A program made the position numbers and the translations under genes. From Octopus bimaculoides (Eukaryota), in the NCBI RefSeq assembly GCF_001194135.2, contig NC_068985.1, forward strand, positions 16,352,275-16,416,274: a stretch of 64,000 bases of DNA, given 5' to 3'. The notes beneath the pieces were generated by a model. It saw only the letters and a program-made list of their open reading frames with translations. It did not search any database and was not told the DNA's origin. Below, in pieces: positions 1 to 13,496 of the stretch (position 1 is its first letter; each line of letters starts with the position of its first letter).

Positions 1-400
1 GGAGATTATCCTGGATAGTTTTGCCGGGAACGGCACACGTTTGTGCCTCCCCGATCAGACCGTCCGCGACACGCGCCAATCTTTTCGATAACACTTTGGC
101 CAAAATCTTCAACTGTGCGTTTAGCAGAGTGATGGGCCGAAAATTATCAATGGAATCCCCCTTGTTCGGGTCCTTTCTGACAAGCGTCACCACCCCACGG
201 CGCACAGATCTGGGTATAAACCCATTCTGCTGCCAGTTCGCGTAGACATTTGCCAGTAGGTGCCCGAACAAGTCTGGCATACTTTTGTACAACTCGTAGG
301 GTAAACCATCCAGTCCTGGCGGCTGCCTTAAGGGTGAAGGCATTACAGTAGTGATCATCCCGTTGTTTTCAGACATAGTGCAATCAGGACTTCATTATTT
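1..400 (-). mobile_element. Tx1/L1-clade LINE reverse transcriptase fragment (runs off left edge)
   Basis: Minus strand translates PYELYKSMPDLFGHLLANVY...DNFRPITLLNAQLKILAKVLSKRL...QTCAVPGKTIQDNL; paralogous to the RT at 2410-2750. Confidence 0.9.
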
Positions 401-811
401 CAACGTATCCCTCCTCCTTTCTGAAGACAGTATTGTGTGAAATTTGGTGGAAAATGTTCCTGCTATTTACAAACAGTATCGGTCAAGCGACCATATAGAG
501 GCTCTATTGTTAGTTGGTAGTACTGGGTATTATTCAGCGCAGTATGACAAAACAGGAATTTAAATGTGCTTTTTATTGTCTTTAAGTTTATGTGATTTGA
601 ATTAATGAATATAATGGAAATAGTGAGGACAAAAGATTTACATGCGACAGATGTCTGTAAAAAAAAAATATTGTTTATTTCCATATCCTTATTTTCTTAC
701 ATCGACACACGTATTAAATTTTGGGGAAAGAAACAGTCGATTATATATCGTCCCCAGTACTTGCTCATTAGTTTATATTATCAACTCCGGAAGGAGGAAC
801 AAGCAAAGTAG

Positions 812-900
812 ACATCGACGGGATTTGAACTCAGAACGTAATTTTATTAAATGTATTTCTGTCTGTTTCAACGATGAATGTTCCAACTGTTCGTTCAACA
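812..900 (-). mobile_element. SINE family A head fragment
   Basis: Contains ggatttgaactcagaacgta, the reverse complement of the tRNA B-box region shared with about 10 other copies in the window. Confidence 0.6.
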
Positions 901-1639
901 GATCGGTCGGCTTATTGAATTAGCATTTAAGTAGGAGGAAAATCAACGAAACACAACGTATGAAAAGACTGGCCCTTAGAATTACAAGTACAAAGCAACC
1001 GAAACAAATTCCAGCTGCTGAATTTCAGTCACGAAACTTGGATGATGAAATACTTTCCCACGTATCTTGGGTGGTAAATCTTAATCTATCACCAAGTTTA
1101 ACATCCCTCCTTGACATTTTGGGTATCGTTAGTGGAGTCCATTCTGTGGCAAACACTTGGGCCAGATCACCAGTTTGAGGATAGTTTTCTCTTTTCAACC
1201 AGGCTTCGAGTGGGGAGCAGTAAGAGGTCATAGAGACACTGCCTTTCTTCCCGACTAAAAGTTATATATATATCTAACGGTTGTGCTAAGGTGTTGGTTG
1301 CCAGTATGCAAGATGGAAGAAGAACAGTGATTGAAGTTACTTTGTATATATCCAAAACTACGACAGGTTGGTATGTATAACTAGTAAATGGAAAAATATG
1401 CGAGGTAAAAAGCGTTAAATTTCGACCGGTATGTGTGTACAGGTTCTCATAGAAGTATATATAGAGAGATGTGGTAATGTTACAGAGAAAAGAAAGGGTG
1501 TTAGTGAAAGTGATAGAGTCAAGGGAAGTTGTCTCGCATAGTCGCTGATTGTAATTTTCTTTTTCCCTCCGGCCGTTTGGTCTTTAGTGGCCATGACTCT
1601 AGTTGTCCGTTCACACTCACTGATGGTCGCTCTCACTAA

Positions 1640-1928
1640 CTGACTTAGGCTTACGGAGTTCTTGTTTTTATTGCTACCCAAAACCAGCCAGAAGGATAAA
1701 CATATTGTTGAGAACAATAGATTTCGTTGGTGGTACCTATTATCTCTATTTTAACTTTTAGTGAAATAACAAGGTTTGAAGGGTCAAGTGGCGAAAACAT
1801 TATTCCGACTCAGCGAAGGCCTCTGGTAAATGTAACTGCTGTCACTCACGTAAAAACTTTTGTTTTATCGCGAGAAAAATGCTGTTAAACTGTTAATTGA
1901 AATTTGGCTATCGAGGATCGAATCCACG
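1640..1928 (-). repeat. ~290-bp module duplicated at 5302-5587 (LINE 5' UTR-like)
   Basis: Colinear match, e.g. ggcttacggagttcttgtttttattgcta...aaatttggctatcgaggatcgaatccacg in both copies. Confidence 0.9.
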
Positions 1929-1939
1929 TTCCTGGTTAA

Positions 1940-4900
1940 CTTTTGCTCCTGCCACCAATTCATATCTTTTGATGGCGTCTTCTACACGAGGTAGCTACCC
2001 TTCATCAGACACGATGATGGTGACATCATCCGCATATGCCGTCACTCCTCTACCATAACATAGATCATGCGGATCTTCCCCCGCGGCCTCCAACCTCCGC
2101 AGCAGCAGCTCAAGAGCCAATACATACAGAAGCGGGGACAGGAGGTAGCCCTGGCGAACTGAACGCTCGATCGCGAACGGCTTCGAGAAGAAACCGTTCA
2201 TCCGGACGATGAGCCGATGTCGCTATACATACATTGATCCAACCACGAAAAGTCGGGCCCAGTCCGACCGCCCGGAGGACCGCCACCAGATACCGATGGC
2301 CAACCCTATCATGTGCCTTAGACTGGTCTAAATTCACCAGTGCCCCACCTTTGCCAGAAATGTTATCCACCCGTTCTATAGTGTAGCGTATGAGGTGAAA
2401 GTTGTCGTGTATTGTCCTTCCTAGGATGGCGCATGTCTGCACTTCTCCCACCAGACCACCCACGACAAGCTTCACTCTTTTGGCTAACATCTTGGCCAAA
2501 ATCTTTAACTCTGTGCTTAGCAGAGTTATGGGCCTGAAATTATTAATGTAATCCCCTTTGCTCGGGTCCCTCTTGATCAGTGTTACTACTCTCCGGCTCA
2601 CAGATTTGGGAATTCTCCCGTTCTGCTGCCAGTTTGCGTATACAGCGGCCAGTATGTTCCCGAACAAGTCTGGCATACTCTTATAAAATTCGTAAGGAAG
2701 ACCATCCAGTTCCGGCGACTTATCCCCGGGCACTCGGAAAGTACCTCTATGACCTCCGCAGCTGTGATCGGTTCTTCATAGTGCTACGCTTCACGTGCCG
2801 GGAGACACGGACCGCCGGCCAGGAAATCCCGAAGGGCATCCCCATGGTCCAGTGTCCCGCCCCTCTCGAACAACGCAGCGAAATGCACCTGAAAGGCCTT
2901 ACACATCTCTTCATGTCCTTAGATCTCCTGTCCTTGTTCGTTTACCACAGACCTTATCGTAGCATCTACGCCACGTTGGGTTTCTATCGAGCGAGCCCAA
3001 CTGACAACGTTGATACCCTTGCAACCCAGTGCACGTACTTTAGCCCGGACCCTGCAACCGTGTTTGGCATTGAGGTGTCGGTCCAAGGCCGATCTCGCCT
3101 AACGCCTTAACTAGAGACCCTTCTACTCTAGCCTGCTCTAGACTCAACTGTTTACTAAATCTAATAGACTCAAGTCGAATGGCTCTTTTGAGGGCATCCC
3201 ACCACCGGTTATTCAACACGGTGCCAGTGAGTGCCCTCATGACTAACTCCTTAATCTGGCTACGGTATGTTTCGCAAGCCAATAAGGTCTTGTTCAACTT
3301 CCAGTAGCCAGATCCCTATCTATGGACTTTATCTATATGTACCCTACATGTCACTAATTTGTGATCCGTGTAGGGTATATAAGTAAACTGTGGAAAGCTA
3401 AAGGAGGATTTATCTCTTCACTACTATCATGTCTATATAAAACCTGAGAAATCCGCTGTTATTACTCCAAGTCCACATTGGAACTCTTGGATTCGCAAGT
3501 CAGTATCGCTCTGCCAGCCTAATTCGGTTCAGCAGATCGATGAGGCGTGAGTTACTTTTGCTATCGGTCGAGTCAATGCTATCTGGGCGTGCATCAAGAA
3601 TAGCGTTAAAGTCTCTTAGCATCACTATTGTCTTTGACGTCACGAGTAAGTCCTCCAGGCGTCGATAGAACTCATTCCGTTTGTCTGTTGAATGAAGCGC
3701 GTAAATGCCGATCAACCTGAAGGTCTTACCACTGAATGTTAGATCCAGAACGACTGAGTCACCTTCTAGGTCTACAAAGATTGTACGTGTTTGCAGAGCC
3801 AAGCTTTTTCGGAGCAAAACCACAACGCCCCCTCCCCCGGTCCGACGAGGAGACATGATTTTCTTATAGTCATTCAGGAGGTTTGAGAAGACCTGCAGCT
3901 TGTCCAACTTGGTATCTGTAGCAACCATAATATCAATTTTATGTGAGCTGAGGTCGTCGAGGAAACAAGCTTGCTTCCACTACGAGCTCAGGCCACACAC
4001 ATTTACACAGCCTATACGTAGCGTAGCCATGTCATCAACGAGAAAAGATGGAAATCTACTTTAGTCAAAGGAGATCATTCTCAGTACTGATGAGGCCGGA
4101 ATTTCCCCTTTCATTTCTTCAATGGTCAGTTCTGCCGGCGGGTCGAACATTTTGTGTAAGTCTTTTAATTCTATAATTCCTTTTGCAAATCTACTTTTGA
4201 AGTCCTTGTAGAGTTCTCTTGGGATTTTAGCAATGCTGTTAGGATATTTACTATTACGCGTCCGATATATACTGCTTTGTAAATGGAGTTTGATTACCCC
4301 CCCTCATTGAATTGTTGGTGTTTTGAATACCACTGTGATCATTTCCTTTTGGACTTGGGTATGTCAATTTTTACCAAATTTAATGTTTTCTTTTTTTTTT
4401 ACCTTCAGGGTTATATTTTTTTCTTTCTTTAGTTCTCGGAGCCACCTCTTTGGTAGGCGACTCCACTACTTTCTTTCGCCTTTTTCGCGACACCGTCTCG
4501 AAGTTCATTTATTCTGCTGACAGTGTCACTTCGGCTGGTTTTACGATTGGTTCTGGTTCGGCGGTTGTCCTCTGCGTAACAGCCTCCGTGGTTGGGGGCG
4601 CTGCCTTTTCTTCATCTTCTTCCTGTCTTTTTCTCCTGTTCTTTTTCTCCTGTTCTTTTTCCTTTTGTGAGCATTTTGACCTCAGGTGCCCCTTCTTTCT
4701 ACAGTTGAAGCACCTGGGTTTCCTTTCTTCTACGTGCACAGTTAATATGGTGTCTTCGCCAATGTAAATCTTTTCTGGCAAATTTTCGAGGTCCATTGTT
4801 GTTGCCTGGGCCAAGATCTCCAGAGTTTGCCCTCGCCAGTTTTGTGGAGCGTCTCTGAAGATTAGTATTATGTTTATTTTCTCCTCTCTCTCGTATAGGA

Positions 4901-5587
4901 AGGTGGCGACTATCCATGCAATCTCAATTTCCGGTAGGATATTTCAAATTTTAATCCAGGACGTTCTACGTCCCAGATATAGCGGTAACAGCATAATGCT
5001 ACCACTTTGCAAGGTTCGAGTCGATAATTCTTTTGCCTTCTCGGCCGACTCGGACCTTGCTTCTACAGTTGCAAATCTTGTACCTCGGGTTAAGTATTTT
5101 AGCTGACCTAACACTAGCCCGGGGCACTTTTCTATTGTGCTTTCATCAAAATGTTAGAATTTCTTTTGTTCAGTCAAAAGTTTTGTAGACAATTGTACTC
5201 TCCTTTGTTCGATTCGAAATCTCGCTGGAGGCGGGGCGTAGTGCGGCTTTCGCCGTTTTCTTCGTGTATCATGCCGTATAAGGCTTGAATTTCCTCTTTC
5301 TTGACTTTGGCTTACGGAGTTCTTGTTTTTATTGCTATCCAAAACCAGCCAGAAGGATAGACATATTGTTGAGAACAATAGATTTTGTTGGTGCTGTTAT
5401 CTCTATTCTAACTTTTGGTGAAATAGAAGAGGTTAGAAGGGTCAAGTGGCGAAAACATTATTCCGGCTCAGCGAAGACCTCTGGTAAATGTAACTGGTGT
5501 CACTCACAGAAAAACTTTTGTTTTACTACGAGAAAAGTGCTGCTGGACTGTTTATTGAAATTTGGCTATCGAGGATCGAATCCACGC
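1940..5587 (-). mobile_element. Degraded, 3'-truncated Tx1/L1-clade LINE: 5' UTR, ORF1 (gag-like CCHC knuckle), ORF2 (APE endonuclease + RT)
   Basis: ORF1 ATG at 5272 with CFNCRKKGHLRSKC knuckle. ORF2 ATG at 4030 (MATLRIGCVNVCGL; GIYA, RDFNAILD APE motifs). RT motifs PELDGLPYEFY, FRPITLL, LDQSKAHDRV, VRQGYLLSPLLY, YADD. Multiple stops and frameshifts; ends just after YADD. Confidence 0.92.
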
Positions 5588-5606
5588 TATGCCTGCATGA
5601 AGCCAC

Positions 5607-5608
<2 letters not shown>

Positions 5609-5652
<44 letters not shown>
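5609..5652. repeat. (TG)n microsatellite
   Basis: Direct read. Confidence 0.95.
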
Positions 5653-5655
<3 letters not shown>

Positions 5656-5659
5656 ATAT

Positions 5660-5985
5660 ATATCATCATCATCATCATTTAACGTCTACTTTCCATGTTG
5701 GCATGGGTTAGACGATTTGACTGTAACCGGTAAGCCTGAAGCTGCACCAGATTGCAGTCTAATCTGGCATATTTTCTACGGCTAGATGCCCTCCCTAACG
5801 CCAACCACTCCGTGAGTGTAATGGGTGCTTTTTACGTGCTACCGGCACAGGTGCCATTTACATGACACCGGCAACGGTCATGAGTACGATTTCACGGCAG
5901 CCATTTACATGACATTGGTAACGGCCACGGCTGCGATTTCACTTGGCTTGACAAGTCTTCTCAAGCACAGCATATCGCCAACGGT
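5660..5985 (-). mobile_element. 3' end of an RTE-type LINE (or derived SINE) with (GAT)n tail
   Basis: (cat)n tail then tttaacgtctactttccatgttggcatggg. The distal part resembles the 3' UTR of the RTE copy at 62970-63110. Contains an internal ~46-bp duplication (gccatttacatgaca...cgatttcac). Confidence 0.55.
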
Positions 5986-5997
5986 ATATATACATAC

Positions 5998-6705
5998 ACA
6001 AAGTTGATCGAAAAGTTAACTTCGTTAACCGTTAATCCGTTAACCAAAAGGTTAACTTCGATACCCGTTAATCAGTTAATTCTTTTAAAATGTAACGGAA
6101 GTTATCGATAAACTGTTAACGTTAATTTTTATTGTAGGAAAAAACAAAATTCAGTTTTTGCTCTCAAACTACCTAAGACACCTTTAAAAAGTGCCGAATC
6201 AGCATTTTTTAAGGGCTTTAAAACCCCAAAACTATAAGTTTTTTTTTTTTTTGCTTTAGAATTTAAAAAGGCTGATTTTATAGTTTTAACTTTTAAAAGA
6301 CATTAAAAAGAGGCTGACCTCATAGTTTTGGCTTTTGTGAGGGTTTTAAGGGCTTTTAGAGCCAGAAAAGGGTTAAAAAAAAACTCAAATGAAACATAAT
6401 ATTAGCATTAAACTAAAAAAAAGTGGCCGTAAAAAATTTTTTTTAAATGAAAAACACGATATATACATAATCTAATTTTTCCTCTTCTCGTTCTCCATTT
6501 TGTTCATGAGATGCATGCTGCTCTTCATGGAAATTAGCATGTCAAAGTTTTCATCAGACAGGGATGATTCCTTGGCCCTGAAGATGTCGTTGCCCATAGA
6601 GAACAAATACTCCCCTGCAGCACTGGAGGGGATGGATGGCTGTGTTGAACTTGATGAACAAGTCCACCAACACTTGCTCACCCAAGAATGCAGCGGCATT
6701 TGGTC
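5998..6705 (-). mobile_element. hAT DNA transposon 3' remnant (dimerisation domain + terminus)
   Basis: PSSAAGEYLFSMGNDIFRAKESSLSDENFDMLISMK matches the hAT C-terminal dimerisation motif (SAxxERxFS...R..LS..NFE.L). Clustered gttaac subterminal repeats at 6000-6125. Confidence 0.75.
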
Positions 6706-6856
6706 CGTCTTTACGTTCTGAATTCAAATTCCACCGAGGTCGACTTTACCTGTCATCCTTTCGGGGACGATAAAATAAGTACCAGCTGAACATTGGGGTT
6801 GATGTAATCGACTTACCTCCCGCACACCGAAATTGCTGGCCTTGTGACAAAATGTG
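6705..6856 (+). mobile_element. SINE family A (tRNA-derived)
   Basis: gttctgaattcaaattccaccgaggtcgacttt...catcctttcgggg...aagtaccag core. Confidence 0.85.
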
Positions 6857-7654
6857 ACACCAGTGCATAAATAGTACATAGACATGTACATAAACACATG
6901 AATGTTATACATAGAAGTTAAATACAATGCCTACGAACTAAACAACAGGGCTACCGCAGCGTTTTTAGTACCTGCATTGGAAGCTTAACCCAAAGCCTAC
7001 CACATCAAGAAAACCGCGTTAGGTACTAAAAGTAAAAATAAACTCGTGTCGAGTTCTAAAAACACTACTTTATTTTCGTTTGATCTTGCTTTCTTTTCAT
7101 CTTGCTAAACAGGTTGTTTTAGATGGGTTCTACATACTGCACTTGTTGTTTGCCACTAGTCCTTTATGTAATAGCGTTTTTTTTTTGCTTTGTTATTTTT
7201 TTTTTTTTACTTTAATATTAATTAGAATAGAAGATATTCTCATCAACAACAAAAGATAAGTTAATTTAAGCAGATTAATAATTAAATAGTATAGTTGAGG
7301 ATAACAGAATACGGCCTCATACTTTTCTTGAGAAATGTAACAAAGCCTTTTTGCATTTTTTACCCTAGTACCGGTGTCTTTTTATTTCTTTATTTTCCTT
7401 GAGCCCTAGGACTCGGAAAACCGGTTACCCAGCTTCCACGACATACAAGTAACCGAGATCACGTCATTAGCCGTGAACGAGAGACCAGCAGTCACGCCCG
7501 TCGCTTAGGGAGGGCACTGGATGGCATTGTCCCTTTACTGTTCAATGGGGCTCTCTCAGATTTACTCCACTTCAGCATTATTTCAAATTAGTGCCCATCT
7601 AGAATATTCTGAGCACCCCAAGGCACTAGTCTGGTGACGGGTCTGCCGGCGATT

Positions 7655-7800
7655 TTGAAGTATCCCAGTGGTTATTTTTATCAACCCCGGAGGGATGAAA
7701 ACAAAGCTGGCCTAGTCGGGATTTGAACTCAGAACGCAAAGAGCCGGAAGAACTGTCGCTAAGCATTTTGTCCGGCATGCTAACGATTCTGCCAGCTTGC
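7655..7800 (-). mobile_element. SINE family A
   Basis: ggatttgaactcagaacg...taacgattctgccagcttgc (A/B box head in reverse). Confidence 0.8.
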
Positions 7801-8892
7801 ACCGGTGTTGCTTTCTGTAATATTAATTCTCTCCATTTCTTATTGGTCAGTAATTTTTATTGCAAGTAAAATAACGTCCTGTGAGTATCATTTTTTTGAG
7901 GCCAAAGTCGCGAAGAAGTTCGAATTAACAAAGATTTCCAGCGATAAAAATTGCTGAAACAATTACTTTGGAACATAAACATAATTGAAAATTATATAAT
8001 TCTTTTGAAGAACTTGTAGCAGAAGTGATTTACATTGTCATTATGTATGAGGTGTTTTCGTTGAGTTATCTAGGCTTAAATACTCGGATATGGGCTCCAC
8101 AAGCCTTTTCGTTCCAACAGGTCACATGACCTTGTGATTAGCTATTAACTGAAATTATTGTTTGTATTGGTCGGTTTCCAGCCGTCCAATCGTGTTGATG
8201 CAACAGTTTCTTTTTTCCTTACGCGGGAAATTAATCACCAGCTCTAGGAGCCTATTGATTTCTATAATAACGACAGTTCTCGACTGCTCTAGGTCTTTGG
8301 CACACGCCACTGACTACACGCAACTCGTCTCAGGCAATGATGTACCTGACACCAGTCAGTCACCGCTTTCATCTTCTCCACCAGACGTCTGCCTACATCG
8401 TTGCTGTATGAACACTACATGACCAATAGACCAACGGCTGCCTCTACACACCACCAAACAGTACGTCTACTATGTCTACAAGATCGACAGTCCAGCCTAA
8501 CCACGAAATCTCTCACACATCTTTGCGGTAACCTGTTATAGTTATTTTATTTCATTGTATGGCAATCATTGTATTTTATAATGGAGAATAAATCGTCGCT
8601 TGGATCTATTTTAAAACGGGGGCCACATTTTTCATTAATGTTTTACGTAGTGTTTTTGGTACCGAAAGACTTTCAAACTTCGTATACTTATCTATTTTGT
8701 GTTATAGAACAGAAAAATATTTTTGTATTCGAATTTATTTCATGTAAAAAATTGTCTTATTTCGATAATTTGAACCAATCACTGACAAGTATTCAGTTGT
8801 TTACATTTACTCCTTTGGCTGATTAAGCGGTGTAAAGCGTATTTAATCTCCATACCTTCGTTTTATTTGCTTTTTTCATTTTAAATTTGCTT

Positions 8893-8923
8893 TAACCCTA
8901 ACCCTACGGTTAGGGTTAGGGTT
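8893..8923. repeat. Telomere-like (CCCTAA)2/(TTAGGG)2 mini-palindrome abutting an assembly gap
   Basis: taaccctaaccctacggttagggttagggtt. Confidence 0.8.
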
Positions 8924-9638
8924 NNNNNNNNNNNNNNNNNNNNNNNNNNNNNNNNNNNNNNNNNNNNNNNNNNNNNNNNNNNNNNNNNNNNNNNNNNNNN
9001 NNNNNNNNNNNNNNNNNNNNNNNNNNNNNNNNNNNNNNNNNNNNNNNNNNNNNNNNNNNNNNNNNNNNNNNNNNNNNNNNNNNNNNNNNNNNNNNNNNNN
9101 NNNNNNNNNNNNNNNNNNNNNNNNNNNNNNNNNNNNNNNNNNNNNNNNNNNNNNNNNNNNNNNNNNNNNNNNNNNNNNNNNNNNNNNNNNNNNNNNNNNN
9201 NNNNNNNNNNNNNNNNNNNNNNNNNNNNNNNNNNNNNNNNNNNNNNNNNNNNNNNNNNNNNNNNNNNNNNNNNNNNNNNNNNNNNNNNNNNNNNNNNNNN
9301 NNNNNNNNNNNNNNNNNNNNNNNNNNNNNNNNNNNNNNNNNNNNNNNNNNNNNNNNNNNNNNNNNNNNNNNNNNNNNNNNNNNNNNNNNNNNNNNNNNNN
9401 NNNNNNNNNNNNNNNNNNNNNNNNNNNNNNNNNNNNNNNNNNNNNNNNNNNNNNNNNNNNNNNNNNNNNNNNNNNNNNNNNNNNNNNNNNNNNNNNNNNN
9501 NNNNNNNNNNNNNNNNNNNNNNNNNNNNNNNNNNNNNNNNNNNNNNNNNNNNNNNNNNNNNNNNNNNNNNNNNNNNNNNNNNNNNNNNNNNNNNNNNNNN
9601 NNNNNNNNNNNNNNNNNNNNNNNNNNNNNNNNNNNNNN

Positions 9639-9920
9639 GAAAGGCAAAGTCGACCTCGGCGGAATTTGAACTCAGAACGTAAAGACAGACGAAATACCGC
9701 TAAGCATTTCGCCCGGTGCGCTAGCGTTTCTGATTTCTTTATTGCCCGCAAGGGGCCAAACAGAAAGGGGACAAACAAGGACAGACAAAGGGATTAAGTC
9801 AATTATATCGACCCCAGTGAGTAACTGGTACTTACTTTATCGACCCCCGAAAGGATGAAAGGCAAAGTCGACCTCGGCGGAATTTGAACTCAGAACGTAG
9901 CAGCAGACGAAATACTGCCT
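9639..9920 (-). mobile_element. Two tandem SINE family A copies
   Basis: aaggcaaagtcgacctcggcggaatttgaactcagaacgta occurs twice. Confidence 0.9.
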
Positions 9921-10384
9921 TAGGGACATCAAATATTATTTCCATCATTAGCTACTTTACGAATATCATTATGATTTTTGTCTACGTGGGATCCACCAAA
10001 GTAAAACAGAAATAAAAGAGATTCATAAGTAAAAACAAAAAAATAAATAAAAACAAAGATGAGAGTCACTGCTTTAATGTTACAAGGAGAATACCGACGC
10101 TCAGTTAATGTGGATTATCTAAAGCTCAATTCAAACATGATTTACAGTACTAAATAAATTTAGACCTGATGGTAGGTTTCTCACGCCGCAAAGTATTTAA
10201 AGGTGGTTCAGATTGATAAATAACGAAGATAGTGACACAGATTCAGACAACGAACATTGCAAGCAAATAAACTTTCAACTCACTGGCTTTCCGAAATTTT
10301 TAATCAATATTAATATTGCTGCTAACATTGTATTTTAGAAACTTCTAGAAAGATAGTGTTCTAATATTCCTATCAAATTTTGGC

Positions 10385-10572
10385 ATAAAGTCGACAATTT
10401 CAGAGGTGGGGTAGTCGATTACATCGACTCCAGTGCTCAACTGGTACTTATTTTATTCACCCCGAAAGGATGAAAATCAACCTAGGCGGAATTTGAACTA
10501 AAAAAGGTACAGACGGACGAAACGCCGAAAAGCATTTTGCCCGGACTGCTAAGGATTCCGTCAGCTTGCCGC
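10385..10572 (-). mobile_element. SINE family A
   Basis: gtcgattacatcgactccagtgctcaactggtactt...ccgaaaggatgaaa core. Confidence 0.85.
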
Positions 10573-10599
10573 CCTATATACTGTTCTAATATTTATTTC

Positions 10600-10818
10600 T
10601 TTATTGCCCACAGGGGGCTAAACGTAGAGGGGACAAACAAGGACAGACAAAGAGATTAAGTCGATTACATCGACACCAGAGCGTAACTGGTACTTATTTA
10701 ATCGACACCGAAAGGATGAAAGGCAAAGTCGACTTCGGCGGAATTTAAACTCAGAAAGTAGCGGCAGACGAAATACTGCGAAGCATTTCGCCCGGCGTCC
10801 TAACGATTCTGCCATCTC
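10600..10818 (-). mobile_element. SINE family A (near full length)
   Basis: Core plus head ending taacgattctgccatctcg. Confidence 0.9.
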
Positions 10819-11560
10819 GGGAAAAATAATTCTCTTTATTTCTCAAATTTATCGAGATTATCACTGTTACAGCTTTGAAAAGAAAATACTACTTCATTTA
10901 CGTTCGGATTGNNNNNNNNNNNNNNNNNNNNNNNNNNNNNNNNNNNNNNNNNNNNNNNNNNNNNNNNNNNNNNNNNNNNNNNNNNNNNNNNNNNNNNNNN
11001 NNNNNNNNNNNNNNNNNNNNNNNNNNNNNNNNNNNNNNNNNNNNNNNNNNNNNNNNNNNNNNNNNNNNNNNNNNNNNNNNNNNNNNNNNNNNNNNNNNNN
11101 NNNNNNNNNNNNNNNNNNNNNNNNNNNNNNNNNNNNNNNNNNNNNNNNNNNNNNNNNNNNNNNNNNNNNNNNNNNNNNNNNNNNNNNNNNNNNNNNNNNN
11201 NNNNNNNNNNNNNNNNNNNNNNNNNNNNNNNNNNNNNNNNNNNNNNNNNNNNNNNNNNNNNNNNNNNNNNNNNNNNNNNNNNNNNNNNNNNNNNNNNNNN
11301 NNNNNNNNNNNNNNNNNNNNNNNNNNNNNNNNNNNNNNNNNNNNNNNNNNNNNNNNNNNNNNNNNNNNNNNNNNNNNNNNNNNNNNNNNNNNNNNNNNNN
11401 NNNNNNNNNNNNNNNNNNNNNNNNNNNNNNNNNNNNNNNNNNNNNNNNNNNNNNNNNNNNNNNNNNNNNNNNNNNNNNNNNNNNNNNNNNNNNNNNNNNN
11501 NNNNNNNNNNNNNNNNNNNNNNNNNNNNNNNNNNNNNNNNNNNNNNNNNNNNNNNNNNNN

Positions 11561-11620
<60 letters not shown>
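11561..11620. repeat. (GT)n microsatellite next to gap
   Basis: Direct read. Confidence 0.95.
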
Positions 11621-11629
<9 letters not shown>

Positions 11630-13396
11630 CGTGCGTGACTCGGGTGTATTTGTGCGCACATAAATACATATATACATGTATGTGAGTCTGTGCGCGTATG
11701 GATGGAGAGAGGTGTTTGTGTCTGTGTGTTTGAAATAAGGTCTTTATCTAGAAACAAATCTAGAAATATCGACAAGACAATATCTTGATCCTTCAAAGCC
11801 CTCCTAGTGTAGCAATATTGATGCTATTTATGTTCCACTTAAACATCAAGAAGTGAAAATCTACGGGAAAGACATGAACAGGGACAAAATCCCAGAGAGC
11901 TGATGTTCTGAAAGGGAGGGGATGGAAGTTGTGGTTAGCGTTGTGTCTTGAAGGTGGACACTACAAGGATGATGAAATGGAATCAACTCTTCCCTTCAAG
12001 TCCAATACGTCTTGAAACCGAAGTGTGGCAAAATTAACACAAACCATATAAGCAATCATATCCTCAGAAATGTAACTCATATTGAAACGGGTCAAGCTAT
12101 GCGATACATGCCTTGCAGAGAAGTATAACATCTTAAATCAATGTTTCAATAAGTTGAGTAAAAAGTAAAAAATATTGTCCGTAGGCAAGCTTATGAACAA
12201 ATTCCTCTTTAAACAATTTCAATTACAGACTGGATAACTATACCACCCCCACATTCACAGATAATTAGCTAAAAAAAATTTTTTTTTTCTCAGTAATACC
12301 ACACAGTAATAACTCTTATCAATACAGTACTGCAGTGATCACTTCACCGCTACCGTCTCCCTCGAAGTAGCACCCGAATCTTTTAGGAGACGGGTGAAAT
12401 GTACCCTGTATCTCCTCATTGGTTTTATTATTACACTCCATATTTTGAATCCTTGAGGAAAACCTGGCGTACTTACCACCAAGGTTATCTCAAGTCTCCT
12501 TCTTAATAGTCCAGACTTCGGCTTCGTGGAGTTTAACCTTGAGGTTTAAAAACCAATACCAGCTAACAAGTTTGCCTGCTCGTGCTCGCTCTATCTGCTA
12601 GAAATAGTAGCCTAGATCTCTCTCAAATCACACCATGCAATCTTAAAGCAAGAGAATTGCATTGAGGAATGCAGTTCGTAATATGGATAAAGAGAATAGA
12701 ATACAAACGGCTTGAACAGCTGTGACCATAGATCTGCTTGATCAAAAGTAACTTACTGCTTAACAATAACAATGTTCAAATAACTTCTCTTCGCGAAACG
12801 CTTAAAGACTCTTTCTATCTTTACAAACTGAACAAATATTAATTTGATCTATACGTATAAAGACATAGACAACTATATGGAATATATCTGTGTGTGTGTG
12901 TGTGTTATGTATATGTATATGTATATAAAATATGTGTTGTATATTTGTGTTTGTGTATATATAAGTAATTCAATGACTTGATAATGTACGACGAAACAAA
13001 GGGTGTCATTTGTGTGTCTAACACTCAGGATGCGACGTGTTTTCAACAGAGTTGCATTTACCGAAGGCAAAGTCGTTCCTAACTCATAGGTTAACATATT
13101 AACAATATATCTCTTCGATGTTTGCCTGACATTTTTCTGCGATGTGAATGCGCACACTTTTCAACTACGTTAAGAATACACTGAGGGAAGAGGAACACTC
13201 TATGTAAATTCAGACATAATGTAAATGTTAATGTGTGTGTGTGTGTTGCCCATCTTAATATATAATGCTGAAGTTCTGTACTTACTAACATTTTTTTATT
13301 TAGTGTGTATGTGTGTGTGTGTTGCCCATATATATATGCACTTAAGACTTAGTTGTGGTTTGGAAGTTTGATCTGCAGAGGTCATTATTATTATTA

Positions 13397-13496
13397 TTCA
13401 GATTAACACCCGCACGATTTTCACTAGGGTGTTAGGGTTACGATGAGGGTTAGTCTTAGGGTTAGGGTTACGTAATCGTGCGGGTGTTAATCTGAA
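13397..13496. mobile_element. 100-bp MITE-like foldback with internal degenerate TTAGGG repeats
   Basis: Perfect 23-bp inverted repeat ttcagattaacacccgcacgatt (13397-13419) / aatcgtgcgggtgttaatctgaa (13474-13496). Confidence 0.75.

Noticed and set aside
2580-3110. 176-aa plus-strand ORF and similar antisense ORFs (4450-4767, 5285-5785, 22451-22708, 22882-23226, 25769-26044, 26988-27350)
   Set aside because: Shadows of LINE or GPCR coding sequence on the opposite strand, with no motifs of their own.
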